The position numbers and the translations under genes are program-made. Positions 1 to 10,536 of a DNA stretch of 64,000 bases are shown one piece after another. The stretch spans positions 32,001 through 96,000 of the forward strand of contig CAVTHS010000014.1 of NCBI GenBank assembly GCA_963734535.1, in the 5' to 3' direction. The DNA is from an uncultured Chloroflexia bacterium. Lineage in GTDB: Bacteria; Chloroflexota; Limnocylindria; Limnocylindrales; CSP1-4. The first letter of the stretch is position 1. The number at the start of each line of letters is the position of its first letter. The notes under the pieces are model-generated. The model did no database searches and was not told where the DNA came from. It worked only from the letters and a program-made list of their open reading frames with translations.

Positions 1-537
1 CTCGGTCATGGACAGGTCCTCGTCGTCCGACGGGACGCGGCGCCCGGATACCGTGGATGCCCGCTCGACCTTGGCGAGCTGCGTGATGTCCGTGAACTTG
101 TCCGCGACGTCCATCAGGTCCGAGCTGGTGTTGCCCCGGAAGCTGATGACCTCGACGCGCACGCCCATCTCCTGGACTGCACGGATCGCCGGCGCGAAGT
201 CGCCGTCACCGGAGACCACGACGGCCACGTCGAGGTTCCGGGCGGTCTTCATCATGTCGACGACCAGCTCGATGTCGAGATTCGCCTTGACCTTCCCGTC
301 CCCGTACTTCCGGATGTCCTTGCTGACGACCCGGAAGTCGTGGCGCGAGAGGAAGGAGTGGAAGTTGCGCTGGTTCTCGTTGTCCGGGTCCAGCCCGGTG
401 TATGCGTATGCCCGGACGAGATCGCGTCCGGCTGTTGCCGCCTTCAGCAGCAGGACGTAGTCGATGTCCGCCCCGGCCGCCTTGGCCGCGTAGAAGATGT
501 TCGCGACGTCCACGAAGACGGCGACGTTCTTGCCCAC
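1..537 (-). CDS. NYN domain (LabA/DUF88, PIN-like) protein, 3' end runs off window
   Basis: Not in the ORF track because it has no stop in the window. Manual translation from GTG at 537 (RBS GAGGAG upstream) gives MGKNVAVFVDVANIFYAAK...VKANLDIELVVDMM...VVVSGDGDFAPAIR...GVRVEVI, which carries the NYN motifs. Confidence 0.85.
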   Translation of the reverse strand, partial: MGKNVAVFVDVANIFYAAKAAGADIDYVLLLKAATAGRDLVRAYAYTGLDPDNENQRNFHSFLSRHDFRVVSKDIRKYGDGKVKANLDIELVVDMMKTARNLDVAVVVSGDGDFAPAIRAVQEMGVRVEVISFRGNTSSDLMDVADKFTDITQLAKVERASTVSGRRVPSDDEDLSMTE

Positions 538-623
538 GTTGACTCCTCAATGTTCTCTGGCACAGGTGCCAAGCTTCCGCTCCACACCTGCGGGCCGGGC
601 GGCGCCGCGCGCCGTGTTCGGCC

Positions 624-1088
624 TTACCCCCTGCCGGCGGAAGCCCGCTCCGCCCGGATCAGACATTCGATGCGAGGCCCCGCCGCGGCGAAGCCGAAGC
701 GCTCCCAGACGGGCAGGGCGTACCCCGCGTATCCGAGCGCCGCCTCGACGACGGTGCAGCCCTTGTTCCGCGCCGATCGGAGCAGCTCCTCGACCAGGAC
801 GCCGGTCACCTGTTCCTGGTCGTGACGCGGATCCACGACAAGGAGGTCCACGGCGCCGACGTAGCCGCCGGCGTGGACGGACGGCCGGAGGGCGAGAACC
901 GCCAGCCCGGCCAGCGCGCGAAGCGTTTCCGCGACGAGGACGCTCGCTTGCGGAAGATAGACGAGCTGCCGCAGCAGGTCACCGGCGTCGAGGGTCGCGG
1001 TCGAACCGGCGGCCGGAGCGGTCGCCGACCAGAGCGCCATCATGCGCTCGACGTCGGTGATGCGTGCTGCTCGAACCTGGTACTCCAC
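624..1088 (-). CDS. GNAT family N-acetyltransferase
   Basis: C-terminal part of ORF 624..1403: VEYQVRAARITD...VLVAE...LLVVDPRH...LVEELLRSARNKGC...WERFGF, a GNAT pattern with a degenerate acetyl-CoA motif A. Start inferred at GTG 1088. Confidence 0.7.
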   Translation of the reverse strand: MEYQVRAARITDVERMMALWSATAPAAGSTATLDAGDLLRQLVYLPQASVLVAETLRALAGLAVLALRPSVHAGGYVGAVDLLVVDPRHDQEQVTGVLVEELLRSARNKGCTVVEAALGYAGYALPVWERFGFAAAGPRIECLIRAERASAGRG

Positions 1089-1246
1089 CCGGCGGGCCCG
1101 CGACCTCGCACTTTGGATGCGACCCGGCACGTACAGTGAACGGTCCTCGGACGGGCTCGACCGGGAACCTGGCGTCGCAGCGCCGCACCGGGGCGGCGAG
1201 CGTGCATCACGCTCGGCCGGACCACGCCGGGGCGCGCGACGCCGTA

Positions 1247-1274
1247 TTGCATTCGGGTCGCTGCTGACTAATAT
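1247..1274 (+). promoter_or_regulatory. Putative sigma70 promoter of liv operon
   Basis: TTGCAT (1247-1252), 16 bp spacer, TAATAT (1269-1274): an AT-rich patch in GC-rich DNA about 180 nt upstream of livK. Confidence 0.5.
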
Positions 1275-1453
1275 ACGGCATCTCTCCGGCTGCAACGCAG
1301 GAGAGTCCAAGTGGGCCCCCGCCCGAACAAGCCCCGCCGTCCGCCACGTGCCCCTGGGGAGGGATGCGCGTCGTCCAAACGGAGACGGGGAATGCGCGAT
1401 CACCGCGGGCGACAGCCGCGCACGCAGGGCGGGGGATAGAGGAGGAGACGCTC

Positions 1454-2731
1454 ATGAAGTTCGCCCGAGTGGGTGCAGTCATTGCCGTCGCGGCAATCGT
1501 GGTTTCCGCGTGCAGCGGCAGCGCGACCCCGGCCCCGAGCGCCGCAGCGAGCGCCGCGGCCAGCGCAGGGGCGAGCGCCGCGGCGGGCAGCGTCGACGTC
1601 AAGATCGGCATCGAGCTTCCGCTGTCAGGTGCCGACCTTCCGAACGGCGATCCGACGCTCAAGGGCGTCCAGCTGGCGCTCGAGCAGATCCAGGTTCCCG
1701 GCTACAACGTCACCTTGAATGTCCAGGACGACGCGGTCAACGGCGTCCACGACCCGCAGCAGGGCGCCAAGAACATCTCGACGCTCGTCAACGACCCGAC
1801 CGTGATGGGCGTCGTCGGCCCGTTCAACTCCAACGTGGCGAAGGCCGAGATCCCGATCTCGAACGCGGCCGGCCTGGTCCAGTGCAGCCCGGCGAACACG
1901 AACATCTCGCTGACCAAGCCCGAGTTCGGCGCTCTCGACCTGCGCAAGGCGAACCCTGACAAGATCGCCTACGTCCGCGTCGCGACCACCGACGACATCC
2001 AGGGCGCGGCCGGCGCTGACATCGCCTACACGATCGTCAAGGCGCGCAAGGCCTTCGTGATCGACGACACCGAGACCTATGGCAAGGCCCTCTCCGATCA
2101 GTTCGTGGCCACGTTCACGAAGCTGGGCGGCACGGTCATCGATGGTGGATCGCACGGCGTTCCCAAGTCCGGCCAGGGCGACTTCACGAGCCTCCTCAGC
2201 CTGGCCAAGGCGCAGAACCCGGACTTCGTCTTCTTCGGCGGCGTCACCGCGACCGGAGGCGGCCTCCTCCGCAAGCAGATGGTCACCGCCGGCATGGCCG
2301 CGATCCCGATGGGCGGGGGCGACGGCCTCAGCGACGGAGCCGCCAGCGTCAAGGGCTCGTTCCTCAACCTCGCGGGTGACCAGGGCGATCCGAACACGTA
2401 CATGACGGTCGCCGCGACACACGACATCCCCAACCCGGAGAAGTTCGCCGCGGACTACAAGGCCAAGTTCAACGCAGAGCCTGGCGCCTACAGCGCTTCC
2501 GGGTATGCCTGCGCCCAGACCATCCTCGAGGCAATCAAGAACGTCGGTGGCGACCGCGAGAAGGTTCGCGCCTACGTGACCGACCCCTCCCACACCTACG
2601 ACACCGTCCTGGGCAAGTTCTCGTTCGACAAGAACGGCGACACGACCCAGCGCATCATCTCGGACTACACGTTCGACCCGGGCACGAAGGACTGGAAGTT
2701 CGTCTCCCAGAAGGACTTCGGGGCCGCCTGA
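1454..2731 (+). CDS. livK: Branched-chain amino acid ABC transporter substrate-binding lipoprotein (LivJ/K)
   Basis: RBS GGAGG then ATG 1454; lipobox VSAC; IGIELPLSG, VVGPFNS, YVRVATTDDIQG, DDTETYGKAL. Confidence 0.9.
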   Translation: MKFARVGAVIAVAAIVVSACSGSATPAPSAAASAAASAGASAAAGSVDVKIGIELPLSGADLPNGDPTLKGVQLALEQIQVPGYNVTLNVQDDAVNGVHDPQQGAKNISTLVNDPTVMGVVGPFNSNVAKAEIPISNAAGLVQCSPANTNISLTKPEFGALDLRKANPDKIAYVRVATTDDIQGAAGADIAYTIVKARKAFVIDDTETYGKALSDQFVATFTKLGGTVIDGGSHGVPKSGQGDFTSLLSLAKAQNPDFVFFGGVTATGGGLLRKQMVTAGMAAIPMGGGDGLSDGAASVKGSFLNLAGDQGDPNTYMTVAATHDIPNPEKFAADYKAKFNAEPGAYSASGYACAQTILEAIKNVGGDREKVRAYVTDPSHTYDTVLGKFSFDKNGDTTQRIISDYTFDPGTKDWKFVSQKDFGAA

Positions 2732-2809
2732 GCCGTTCGCCGTTCTGCTGAGCAACATGAGCGAGGCCGGGCGCACTCGCCTGGCCTCGCTCGATCATCC
2801 CACCCGCCG

Positions 2810-3796
2810 ATGAGACTCCGATCGCGCCGAAGCCTGCTGGTTCCGGCAGTGCTGCTGCTCCTCGCCGTGCTCGATTGGGCATACGTCGGGACCGAGCAGT
2901 TCGTGAACGCCCTGACCATCGGGGCTGTGTATGCCCTGATCGCCCTGGGCTACACGATGGTCTACGGGATCATCGAGCTGATCAACTTCGCCCACGGCGA
3001 CGTCTTCATGGTCGGCTCGTTCGTGACCTACTGGCTCCTCACGAGCCTCGGGTACAACGGCACCATCTCGGATGTGCCACTCCTCATCGTCGTGGTCCTC
3101 GGAACGTTCCTGTTCGCGATGGTGCTCCTGGGCGGGATCGGCGTGATCATCGAGCGATTCGCCTACCGGCCGCTTCGCAACGCACCCCGCCTTGCTCCCC
3201 TGATCACGGCGATCGGGGTGAGCTTCATCCTCCAGAACATCATCCAGATCTTCTTCGGGCCATCACCGGTCTCGGCCCCGCAGGTCATGGACGTCCAGGC
3301 GCGGGTGAGCATCGGCGGCGTGGACGTGTCGGTCGTCAAGCTGTTCGTGATCGGCGTTGCGTTCGTCCTGATGATCGCCCTTCAGACGTTCGTCTCACGG
3401 ACGCGGATGGGGCGCGCCATGCGTTCCACGGCCATCGACCGTGACGCGGCCCAGCTGATGGGCGTCGACATCAATACCACGATCGCGGTGACGTTCTTTC
3501 TCGGCTCGGCGCTTGCCGGAGCCGCCGGCGTGGTGCAGGTCCTGTACCTCGGAACGACCAACTTCCAGCTGGGCTTCCAGGCCGGCCTCAAGGCGTTCAC
3601 GTCCGCCGTCCTGGGCGGGATCGGCAACATCACGGGCGCTGCCCTCGGGGGCTTCCTGATCGGATTCATCGAGGTGAACAGCACGGTGGCCGGGTACGGG
3701 CGCTGGAGCGAGGCGATCGTGTTCGGCATCCTCGTTCTCGTCCTCGTCTTCCGCCCCACGGGCCTCCTGGGCCAACAGCTCGGAGAGCGGGCGTGA
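2810..3796 (+). CDS. livH: Branched-chain amino acid ABC permease LivH
   Basis: GAVYALIALGYTMVYGIIELINFAHGD; GLKAFTSAVLGGIG; VFRPTGLLG. Confidence 0.92.
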   Translation: MRLRSRRSLLVPAVLLLLAVLDWAYVGTEQFVNALTIGAVYALIALGYTMVYGIIELINFAHGDVFMVGSFVTYWLLTSLGYNGTISDVPLLIVVVLGTFLFAMVLLGGIGVIIERFAYRPLRNAPRLAPLITAIGVSFILQNIIQIFFGPSPVSAPQVMDVQARVSIGGVDVSVVKLFVIGVAFVLMIALQTFVSRTRMGRAMRSTAIDRDAAQLMGVDINTTIAVTFFLGSALAGAAGVVQVLYLGTTNFQLGFQAGLKAFTSAVLGGIGNITGAALGGFLIGFIEVNSTVAGYGRWSEAIVFGILVLVLVFRPTGLLGQQLGERA

Positions 3797-4993
3797 GCGG
3801 GCGGCGCCTCCAGGGCGGCAGCGCTCCGCTCAGGCTCCTGCCCGGCGCGGTCCGCGGCACGCATCGAGCGCTTCGCGGGCCGTCACCAGTCGCTGGCCGT
3901 CCTCGTCGGGGTGGCGCTCGTCGGCGCCTTCCTCCCGGTCATCGTCGGTGTCCCGCCGTTCTCGGGATTCGGGAACCGGAATGACTTCGTGGACGGGTTC
4001 GCGAACGCGGGGGTCTTCGTCCTCCTCGCGCTCGGGCTCAACGTGGTGGTGGGTCTCGCCGGCCTCCTGGACCTGGGCTACGCGGCGTTCTTCGCGATCG
4101 GCTCGTACGCCTACGCCTACAGCGCCTCGCCATTCTCCCACCTCGACGTCCCGTTCTGGCCGATGCTCATTGTTGGCGCGCTGATCGCGGCGACGTTCGG
4201 CATCCTGCTCGGCGCGCCCACCCTCCGCCTGCGCGGCGACTACCTCGCCATCGTCACCCTCGGCTTCGGCGAGATCGTCCCCGTTGTCTTCCTCAACAGC
4301 GACACCTACACGAACGGCACCAATGGCATCAGCGCCGTCTACCAGCCCAGCCTGTACGGCCTGGCCGGGATCGGCAGCTTCGGGTTCGGCAACCCGTGGC
4401 CCTACTACATCACGGTTCTGGCGATCGTGGCAGTCGCCATGATGCTGCTCTACCGGTTACAGGATTCGAGGCTGGGCCGGGCGTGGGTCGCCATCCGCGA
4501 GGACGAGGTGGCGGCCGCGAGCATGGGCGTCAACACCGTCACCACGAAGCTGCTCGCCTTCGCCATCGGCGCGTCCACTGCCGGACTGGCCGGCGTCTTC
4601 AACGCTTCCAAGCTCTCCCTCGTCAGCCCGGACCAGTTCGGGTTCACCGTCTCCTTCACCATCCTGGCCATGGTCGTGCTCGGCGGCATGGGCAACATCT
4701 GGGGCGTCGCGATCGGGGCGTTCGTGCTCTACGAGATCCAGAGCGTCTTCCTGAAGCAGCTGACCAACTTCGTCCACGGCATCCACCTGCCGGCGGTGGA
4801 CCTTGGATTCCTGCGCGTCGACATCTCCAGCATCGACTTCGTCCAGTACCAGTTCCTGCTCTACGGCCTGGCCCTGGTGGCCATGATGCTCCTGCGGCCC
4901 GAGGGCCTGTTCCCGAGTCGCCAGCGGAGGCGGGAGCTGCATGAATCCGCGGAGGAAGCCGCCGAGTCGAACGAGGACGTGGTGCAGGCATGA
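3793..4993 (+). CDS. livM: Branched-chain amino acid ABC permease LivM (5' part probably frameshifted; clean ORF 3911..4993)
   Basis: LGLNVVVGLAGLLDLGYAAFFAIG; LRLRGDYLAIVTLGFGEI; AIREDE; RPEGL. GTG at 3793 overlaps the livH stop. Confidence 0.9.
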
Positions 4994-5997
4994 GCGGAGA
5001 GGCCCCCAGCCTGGTCTTGTCCGCGAGCGGCGTCACGAAGCGGTTCGGTGGCCTCCTTGCAGTGAACGCGGTCGACTTCGACATTCCGGAAGGATCGATC
5101 GTCAGCCTGATCGGGCCCAACGGCGCGGGCAAGACGACGTTCTTCAACGTTGTTGCCGGCCTCTACGAGCCGACGCACGGATCAGTCCGCTTCATCGGCA
5201 ACGAGATGATCGCTCGCGGCCGCCGAGTCTGGGCCGAGCCGCTCATCTGGGTGCTCCCGACGGTCGTCGTCGCGCTCCTGGGCGCCCTTCTCGAGGTGTT
5301 GACCGGGTCCGGAGTGGCACTGGCTCTCGCAATGCTGGTCGCGCTCGGCCTCCTCATCACGATGTTCCTGCTGGCGATCGTCCGGCCACCGATCTACGAG
5401 CACATGCTGCACCGGCTCGGCATCTTCAAGAGCGCCCGGCCGAACGACATGGTGATGGCAGGGCTGGGCCGAACCTTCCAGAACATCCGCCTGTTCAAGA
5501 CGATGACGGCCCGCGAGAACGTCATGGTGGGAATGCATAGTCGGCTGCAATCGACCGTGCTCGACGCGGGGCTGCGGCTGGCGCGCCACCGGCGCGAGGA
5601 GAACGAGGCAGACGCCCAGGCGAGCCGGTGGCTGGCGTTCGTGGGGCTGAAGGGCAAGGGCGGCGAGATCGCACGCAACCTCTCGTATGGAGACCAGCGC
5701 CGTCTCGAGATCGCCCGCGCCCTTGCGAGCCAGCCGAAGCTCCTCCTCCTGGACGAGCCGACGGCCGGCATGAATCCATCCGAGACGGCGCAGATGATGA
5801 CCCTCTTCGGGCGCATCCGGACCGACCTCCACCTGACCATCCTGTTGATCGAGCACGACATGCAGGTGGTCATGGGCGTCAGCGACCGCGTGACGGTCCT
5901 CGACCATGGCGAGAAGATCTCCGAGGGAACACCGGACGAGGTCCGCCGCGACCCCCGGGTCATCGAGGCCTACCTCGGGAAGGGAGCGAGCCAGTGA
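4990..5997 (+). CDS. livG: ABC ATP-binding protein LivG with an internal hydrophobic insertion
   Basis: Walker A GPNGAGKTT, RTFQNIRLF, LSYGDQRRLEIARAL, LLLLDEP, IEHDM, VIEAYLG. Confidence 0.9.
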   Translation: MSGEAPSLVLSASGVTKRFGGLLAVNAVDFDIPEGSIVSLIGPNGAGKTTFFNVVAGLYEPTHGSVRFIGNEMIARGRRVWAEPLIWVLPTVVVALLGALLEVLTGSGVALALAMLVALGLLITMFLLAIVRPPIYEHMLHRLGIFKSARPNDMVMAGLGRTFQNIRLFKTMTARENVMVGMHSRLQSTVLDAGLRLARHRREENEADAQASRWLAFVGLKGKGGEIARNLSYGDQRRLEIARALASQPKLLLLDEPTAGMNPSETAQMMTLFGRIRTDLHLTILLIEHDMQVVMGVSDRVTVLDHGEKISEGTPDEVRRDPRVIEAYLGKGASQ

Positions 5998-6752
5998 CCG
6001 CCACGGCGGGCGCGGCCACGCCCTCCACCAGCCCGGCCCAGCAGCCGCTCCTCCGGCTGGACGACGTCAACACCTACTACGTGCATATCCACGCGCTGCA
6101 GGGGATCACCCTGGAGGTCTTCCCGGGCGAGATCGTGACGCTGCTGGGCGGGAATGGCGCCGGCAAGACGACCACGCTGCGCACCATCAGCGGAATGATC
6201 CACCCGCGCTCGGGCACCGTCCACCTGGGCGGCGACGACATCACCCACGTGCCGGCCCACAAGCTCGTCCGCCGGGGAGTTGGCCACGCGCCCGAGGGAC
6301 GCCGCATATTCGGCCGGATGACCGTCCTCGAGAACCTCCAGATGGGCGCCTACACCCGGAGCGACAAGGGCGAGCTCCAGGCGGATTTCGACCGCGTCTT
6401 CGAGCTGTTCCCCCGGCTCCGCGAGCGAAGCAGCCAGGCCGGCGGGACGCTCTCCGGTGGCGAGCAGCAGATGCTCGCGATCGGGCGTGCGTTGATGACC
6501 CACCCGACGCTCCTTCTGCTGGACGAGCCGTCGATGGGCCTCGCGCCGATCCTCGTGGAGCAGATCTTCCAGGTCATCCGCGACATCCACGCGCAGGGGA
6601 CGACGGTCCTCGTCGTGGAGCAGAACGCGCTGATGGCCCTCGGGATCGCCCACCGGGGCTACATCCTCCAGACCGGCCGGATCGTCCTCGAGGACACGGC
6701 CCAGAACCTGCGCCAGAACCCGGAGGTCCAGAAGGCCTACCTGGGCGGCTGA
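5994..6752 (+). CDS. livF: ABC ATP-binding protein LivF
   Basis: GGNGAGKTT, PEGRRIF, LSGGEQQMLAIGRAL, LDEPSMGLAP, VEQN. GTG start overlaps the livG stop. Confidence 0.92.
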   Translation: MTATAGAATPSTSPAQQPLLRLDDVNTYYVHIHALQGITLEVFPGEIVTLLGGNGAGKTTTLRTISGMIHPRSGTVHLGGDDITHVPAHKLVRRGVGHAPEGRRIFGRMTVLENLQMGAYTRSDKGELQADFDRVFELFPRLRERSSQAGGTLSGGEQQMLAIGRALMTHPTLLLLDEPSMGLAPILVEQIFQVIRDIHAQGTTVLVVEQNALMALGIAHRGYILQTGRIVLEDTAQNLRQNPEVQKAYLGG

Positions 6753-6795
6753 GCCCGCACCGCAGCCTCCATCCACGCCCCAGGTCGCGGGCGCC

Positions 6796-7226
6796 CTACT
6801 CTGGCCGAGCCCCGAACAGCTCCGCTGTGGCGAAGGCCAGTCCGACCACGCCGGCCGCAGCCAGCCAGACGCCCGGCGCGCGGTCCGGCAGCATCGTCCC
6901 GAAGCCGCCCGAGTCGAGGGCGATCCCGACCGAGCGAAGGACGAGGCCCAGCGCTGCGATCACGGCCAGGGCGGCATAGGCCCACCAGCGGTCGACGGCC
7001 ACGGGCCGGTCCCCCATCGCGTAGGGCAGGGTCACCAGCGCCAGGGTCGCGAGCGCGGCGAGGAAGGCCAGGATCCCGGCGCCGAAGAACCCGTTGCCCT
7101 CCAGGGCGGGAATCCCCTCGGCGCCGCCGGCCCGAAACCACGGCAGCGCGCAGCCGACGACGATGAGGATCGCCGACACCGTGGCGACCCAGCGCCCGCG
7201 GCCCAGCGATCGGCGGTGCAGCGACA

Positions 7227-7227
<1 letters not shown>
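6796..7227 (-). CDS. Hypothetical membrane protein (about 4 TM)
   Basis: 143 aa hydrophobic ORF (LPWF...G) translationally coupled to hpt. Confidence 0.65.
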
Positions 7228-7789
<562 letters not shown>

Positions 7790-7793
<4 letters not shown>

Positions 7794-8338
7794 GCGGTGA
7801 CCTCCGCGTCGGGCGGTGCGGCGGCCGTGAGCCGCCCGGGGGTCGTGAGCCGCGCGGCCGCGCGGGCGCGTGCCTCTGCCCGGCTGCGGCGCGGGCGCGG
7901 CTGGCTCGGAGCCGCCGCAGCGAGCTGGCTCCCGGTCCGTTCCCTGGGCGGCGTGGTCTGCCCGTCCGCCCCCGTGAGCATGCCGGCGAGCGAGAGCTTC
8001 CCGTACTTGAAGAGCAGGGCCCGGAAATCGCGCGAGTAGAGGAGCTTCACCGTGACACCCGGGTACAGCTCACGCAGCCGTCGCAGCTTGCGATTCTTCT
8101 TGCGGACCAGGCGCTGCTTGAGCGTGGTCAGCTCCAGGTAGACGTCGAGCTCCGGCAGGTAGAAATCTGGGCTGAAGCTCTCCAGCACTGCGCCGGAACG
8201 GTCGAACAGGATCGGGAACGTGTGCGGCTCGTATTCCCAGGCGACCGCGTAGAAGTCGAGGATCCGGGCGAGCTCAGCCTCGCTGGCATGGGCGAAGGCC
8301 GGGGCGGGCCGGCGACCGAGATCCGCGTCGAGAACCAT
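7790..8338 (-). CDS. Hypothetical protein with PD-(D/E)xK/TnsA-N-like nuclease-fold motifs
   Basis: SEAELARILD...WEYEP...FSPDFYLP..DVYLELTT...KLRRLRELYP. ATG 8338 is preceded by TAGACT 7 nt upstream; the stop overlaps the hpt start. Confidence 0.65.
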
Positions 8339-8431
8339 CCCGGGCAGTCTAGCCGGTCGCCTCGCGGTCCGGCCGCCACACCCGGACGGGTTCGGACGAA
8401 CCCGGACGGCGGTGGAGGACCGTGGCGAGCC

Positions 8432-8452
8432 GATACCCGGGGGGAGTATCAT
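8432..8452 (+). promoter_or_regulatory. CsoR/RcnR-type operator overlapping a -10 box
   Basis: GATAC-CCGGGGGGA-GTATC inverted repeat around a G-tract, matching CsoR/RcnR operator architecture; TATCAT at 8447-8452; directly upstream of csoR. Confidence 0.7.
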
Positions 8453-8494
8453 GACCCTGCGTCCACGAGCCACGCCCGCAGGAGATCGCCCGCC

Positions 8495-8902
8495 ATGACG
8501 ACCGAGAAGACCGCGCGTGCCGCCTCGCCGGTCGTCGCCGCGCACGCGGCATCGGTCGCCGCGCATGCCGCACCGCCGCCGGCGAGCCTGCCCGGCACGT
8601 TCCGCCACAGCTACTCGCGCGACCGCGCACAGCTGCTTCGCCGGCTCAGCCGGATCGAGGGGCAGGTCCGCGGGATCTCACGCATGATCGAGCGCGAGGA
8701 GTACTGCATCGACATCCTGCAGCAGACGAGCGCGCTTCGGGCCGCCGTCGACGCCGTCAGCCTTCTCGTCCTGGAGGACCACGTCCAGGGCTGCATCCGG
8801 ACCGCCGCCGAGCGAGGCGAGGCGGAGCAGTACGTTGACGAGGTGCTCGACGTGGTCCGCCGCACGCTCGGGCGACCCGTGCGGAGCGCATCCCGGGGCT
8901 GA
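8495..8902 (+). CDS. csoR: CsoR/RcnR family metal-sensitive repressor
   Basis: LLRRLSRIEGQVRGI.RMIE...YCIDIL.Q...LEDHVQGC with the Cys/His/Cys fingerprint; RBS GGAG. Confidence 0.88.
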   Translation: MTTEKTARAASPVVAAHAASVAAHAAPPPASLPGTFRHSYSRDRAQLLRRLSRIEGQVRGISRMIEREEYCIDILQQTSALRAAVDAVSLLVLEDHVQGCIRTAAERGEAEQYVDEVLDVVRRTLGRPVRSASRG

Positions 8903-9006
8903 GGGCGCCGCGGACCGCCATCCCAGGGCGCATCGCCGGGCGACCCCCGGGTGTCGAGGGGGTACCTTCGGCCGCCGTCGGGTGCCCGTCGGGGGGATGG
9001 CCGAAC

Positions 9007-10464
9007 GTGGTGCCCCGGCGCACCCTCGAGTTGATGATGACCACCGATCCGCCGACCGCGACGCCGGTCCGCGTGAACCTGCCGCACATCGCCGCGCCGG
9101 CCGTGTTTCGCGAGCGTCGCGCAACCTTCCGGCGAGATGAGGACCAGCTGGTCCACGAGGAGCGCGCCCTGCTTGCCCGCGCGCTCGACATCCTGGCGGG
9201 ACCGGGCGAGGCAGACGAGCAGCTTGCCGGGATCCTGGCGATGGTCGCCCGGGTCGCCGGGGCACGACGCGCGGCCGTCGTGGTCGACCAGCCGATCCGG
9301 CACGTCACCGTCGCGATCGCCCCCGGCGAGCCCGAGGATGCCGGCGCCGCGCTTGCCGCGTGGCTCGACGCGCACGCGCCGCGGTCCGCGGCACGTCGTG
9401 CGGCCGACCCTGCCGCCCCCGTCATCGTGGTCCGCGCCCGGACCGACGCCGGGGTCCCCGCGGCGAACCGGGCACTGGCCCCGGGGGTGACCAGCACCCT
9501 CGTCACGGTCGCCGGCGAGGGCGGCGTCCACCTCGGGGTGGAGCTGCCGCCCGGGACCGATCGGGCCCTGGTTGCCACGCGACTCCCCGCCTCGACCGTG
9601 CGCCACGTCCTCGTTGCGCTCTCCCTGGCAGCGAGGCGCGCGGTGGACGATCGCGAACGAGCCGAGCTTCGCGCCCGCGACACCGAGCGGACCCGCTTCG
9701 TGTCGATGGTCGCGCACGAGCTGCGAACGCCGCTGACCGGCCTGGGCGGCTACCTGGACCTGCTCCTCGAAGGGCGGGTCACAGACGCCGGCGTGGAGCG
9801 CGAGTTCCTGGAGCGAAGTCGCCGAATGACGGAAGGGATGACCGAGCTGGTCGGCGACCTCCTCGAGATGAGCCGGATCGAGGCCGGCAGCCTGGGGCTG
9901 AAGATCGCGCCCTTCTCGCTGGCCGAAGCCTGCGCGCGCGTCCTGGACGCGCTGATGCCGATCGCTGATGCCGCCGGGCTCCGGCTCGTCCGTGCGTTGC
10001 CGCCCCGCCTCCGGCCGGCCACGGGGGACCGGCGCCGGGTCGAGCAGATCATCACGAACCTGGTCGCCAACGCGATCAAGTTCACGCCGCGCGGCGGACT
10101 CGTGGAGCTCGAGGCGCGGGCCGGCTCCACGGCCGCGTTCGTGCTCGTCCGGGACGATGGGCCGGGCGTCATGATCGAGGATCGGGCGCGGATCTTCGAA
10201 CCGTTCGTGCGCCTCGACGGCCACGATCGCATCCCCGGGACCGGTCTTGGCCTGCCGATCGCGCGGGATCTCGCTCGCGCCATGCACGGAGACCTGGGCG
10301 CCGCGAGCGTGGCAGGCACCGGTTCGACGTTCGTGCTCGCGCTTCCCGGCGCGGCCGACCGGGATGGAGCCAGCGTGGCAGCCTCCCTCGCCGCCGTCCT
10401 CGACGACGAGGAGCTGGCCCTCGAGGAACAATCGGTCCTGGCCGCCCTCCGCCGACCGGCCTGA
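9007..10464 (+). CDS. Cytoplasmic sensor histidine kinase (HisKA + HATPase_c)
   Basis: H-box VAHELRTPLT, N-box NLVANAIKFT, DDGPG, GTGLGL; no TM segments seen; start uncertain. Confidence 0.88.
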   Translation: MVPRRTLELMMTTDPPTATPVRVNLPHIAAPAVFRERRATFRRDEDQLVHEERALLARALDILAGPGEADEQLAGILAMVARVAGARRAAVVVDQPIRHVTVAIAPGEPEDAGAALAAWLDAHAPRSAARRAADPAAPVIVVRARTDAGVPAANRALAPGVTSTLVTVAGEGGVHLGVELPPGTDRALVATRLPASTVRHVLVALSLAARRAVDDRERAELRARDTERTRFVSMVAHELRTPLTGLGGYLDLLLEGRVTDAGVEREFLERSRRMTEGMTELVGDLLEMSRIEAGSLGLKIAPFSLAEACARVLDALMPIADAAGLRLVRALPPRLRPATGDRRRVEQIITNLVANAIKFTPRGGLVELEARAGSTAAFVLVRDDGPGVMIEDRARIFEPFVRLDGHDRIPGTGLGLPIARDLARAMHGDLGAASVAGTGSTFVLALPGAADRDGASVAASLAAVLDDEELALEEQSVLAALRRPA

Positions 10465-10495
10465 CGGCCTTTCCGCGGGGGATCGGCCACGCGGG

Positions 10496-10536
10496 TTGTC
10501 CACATTCACTGGCGGCCACCGCGAGTTCGTGGATAA
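10496..10536. promoter_or_regulatory. Pair of DnaA-box-like 9-mers
   Basis: TTGTCCACA (10496-10504, +) and TTATCCACG (10528-10536, -), followed by TTGACA at 10542. Confidence 0.45.
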
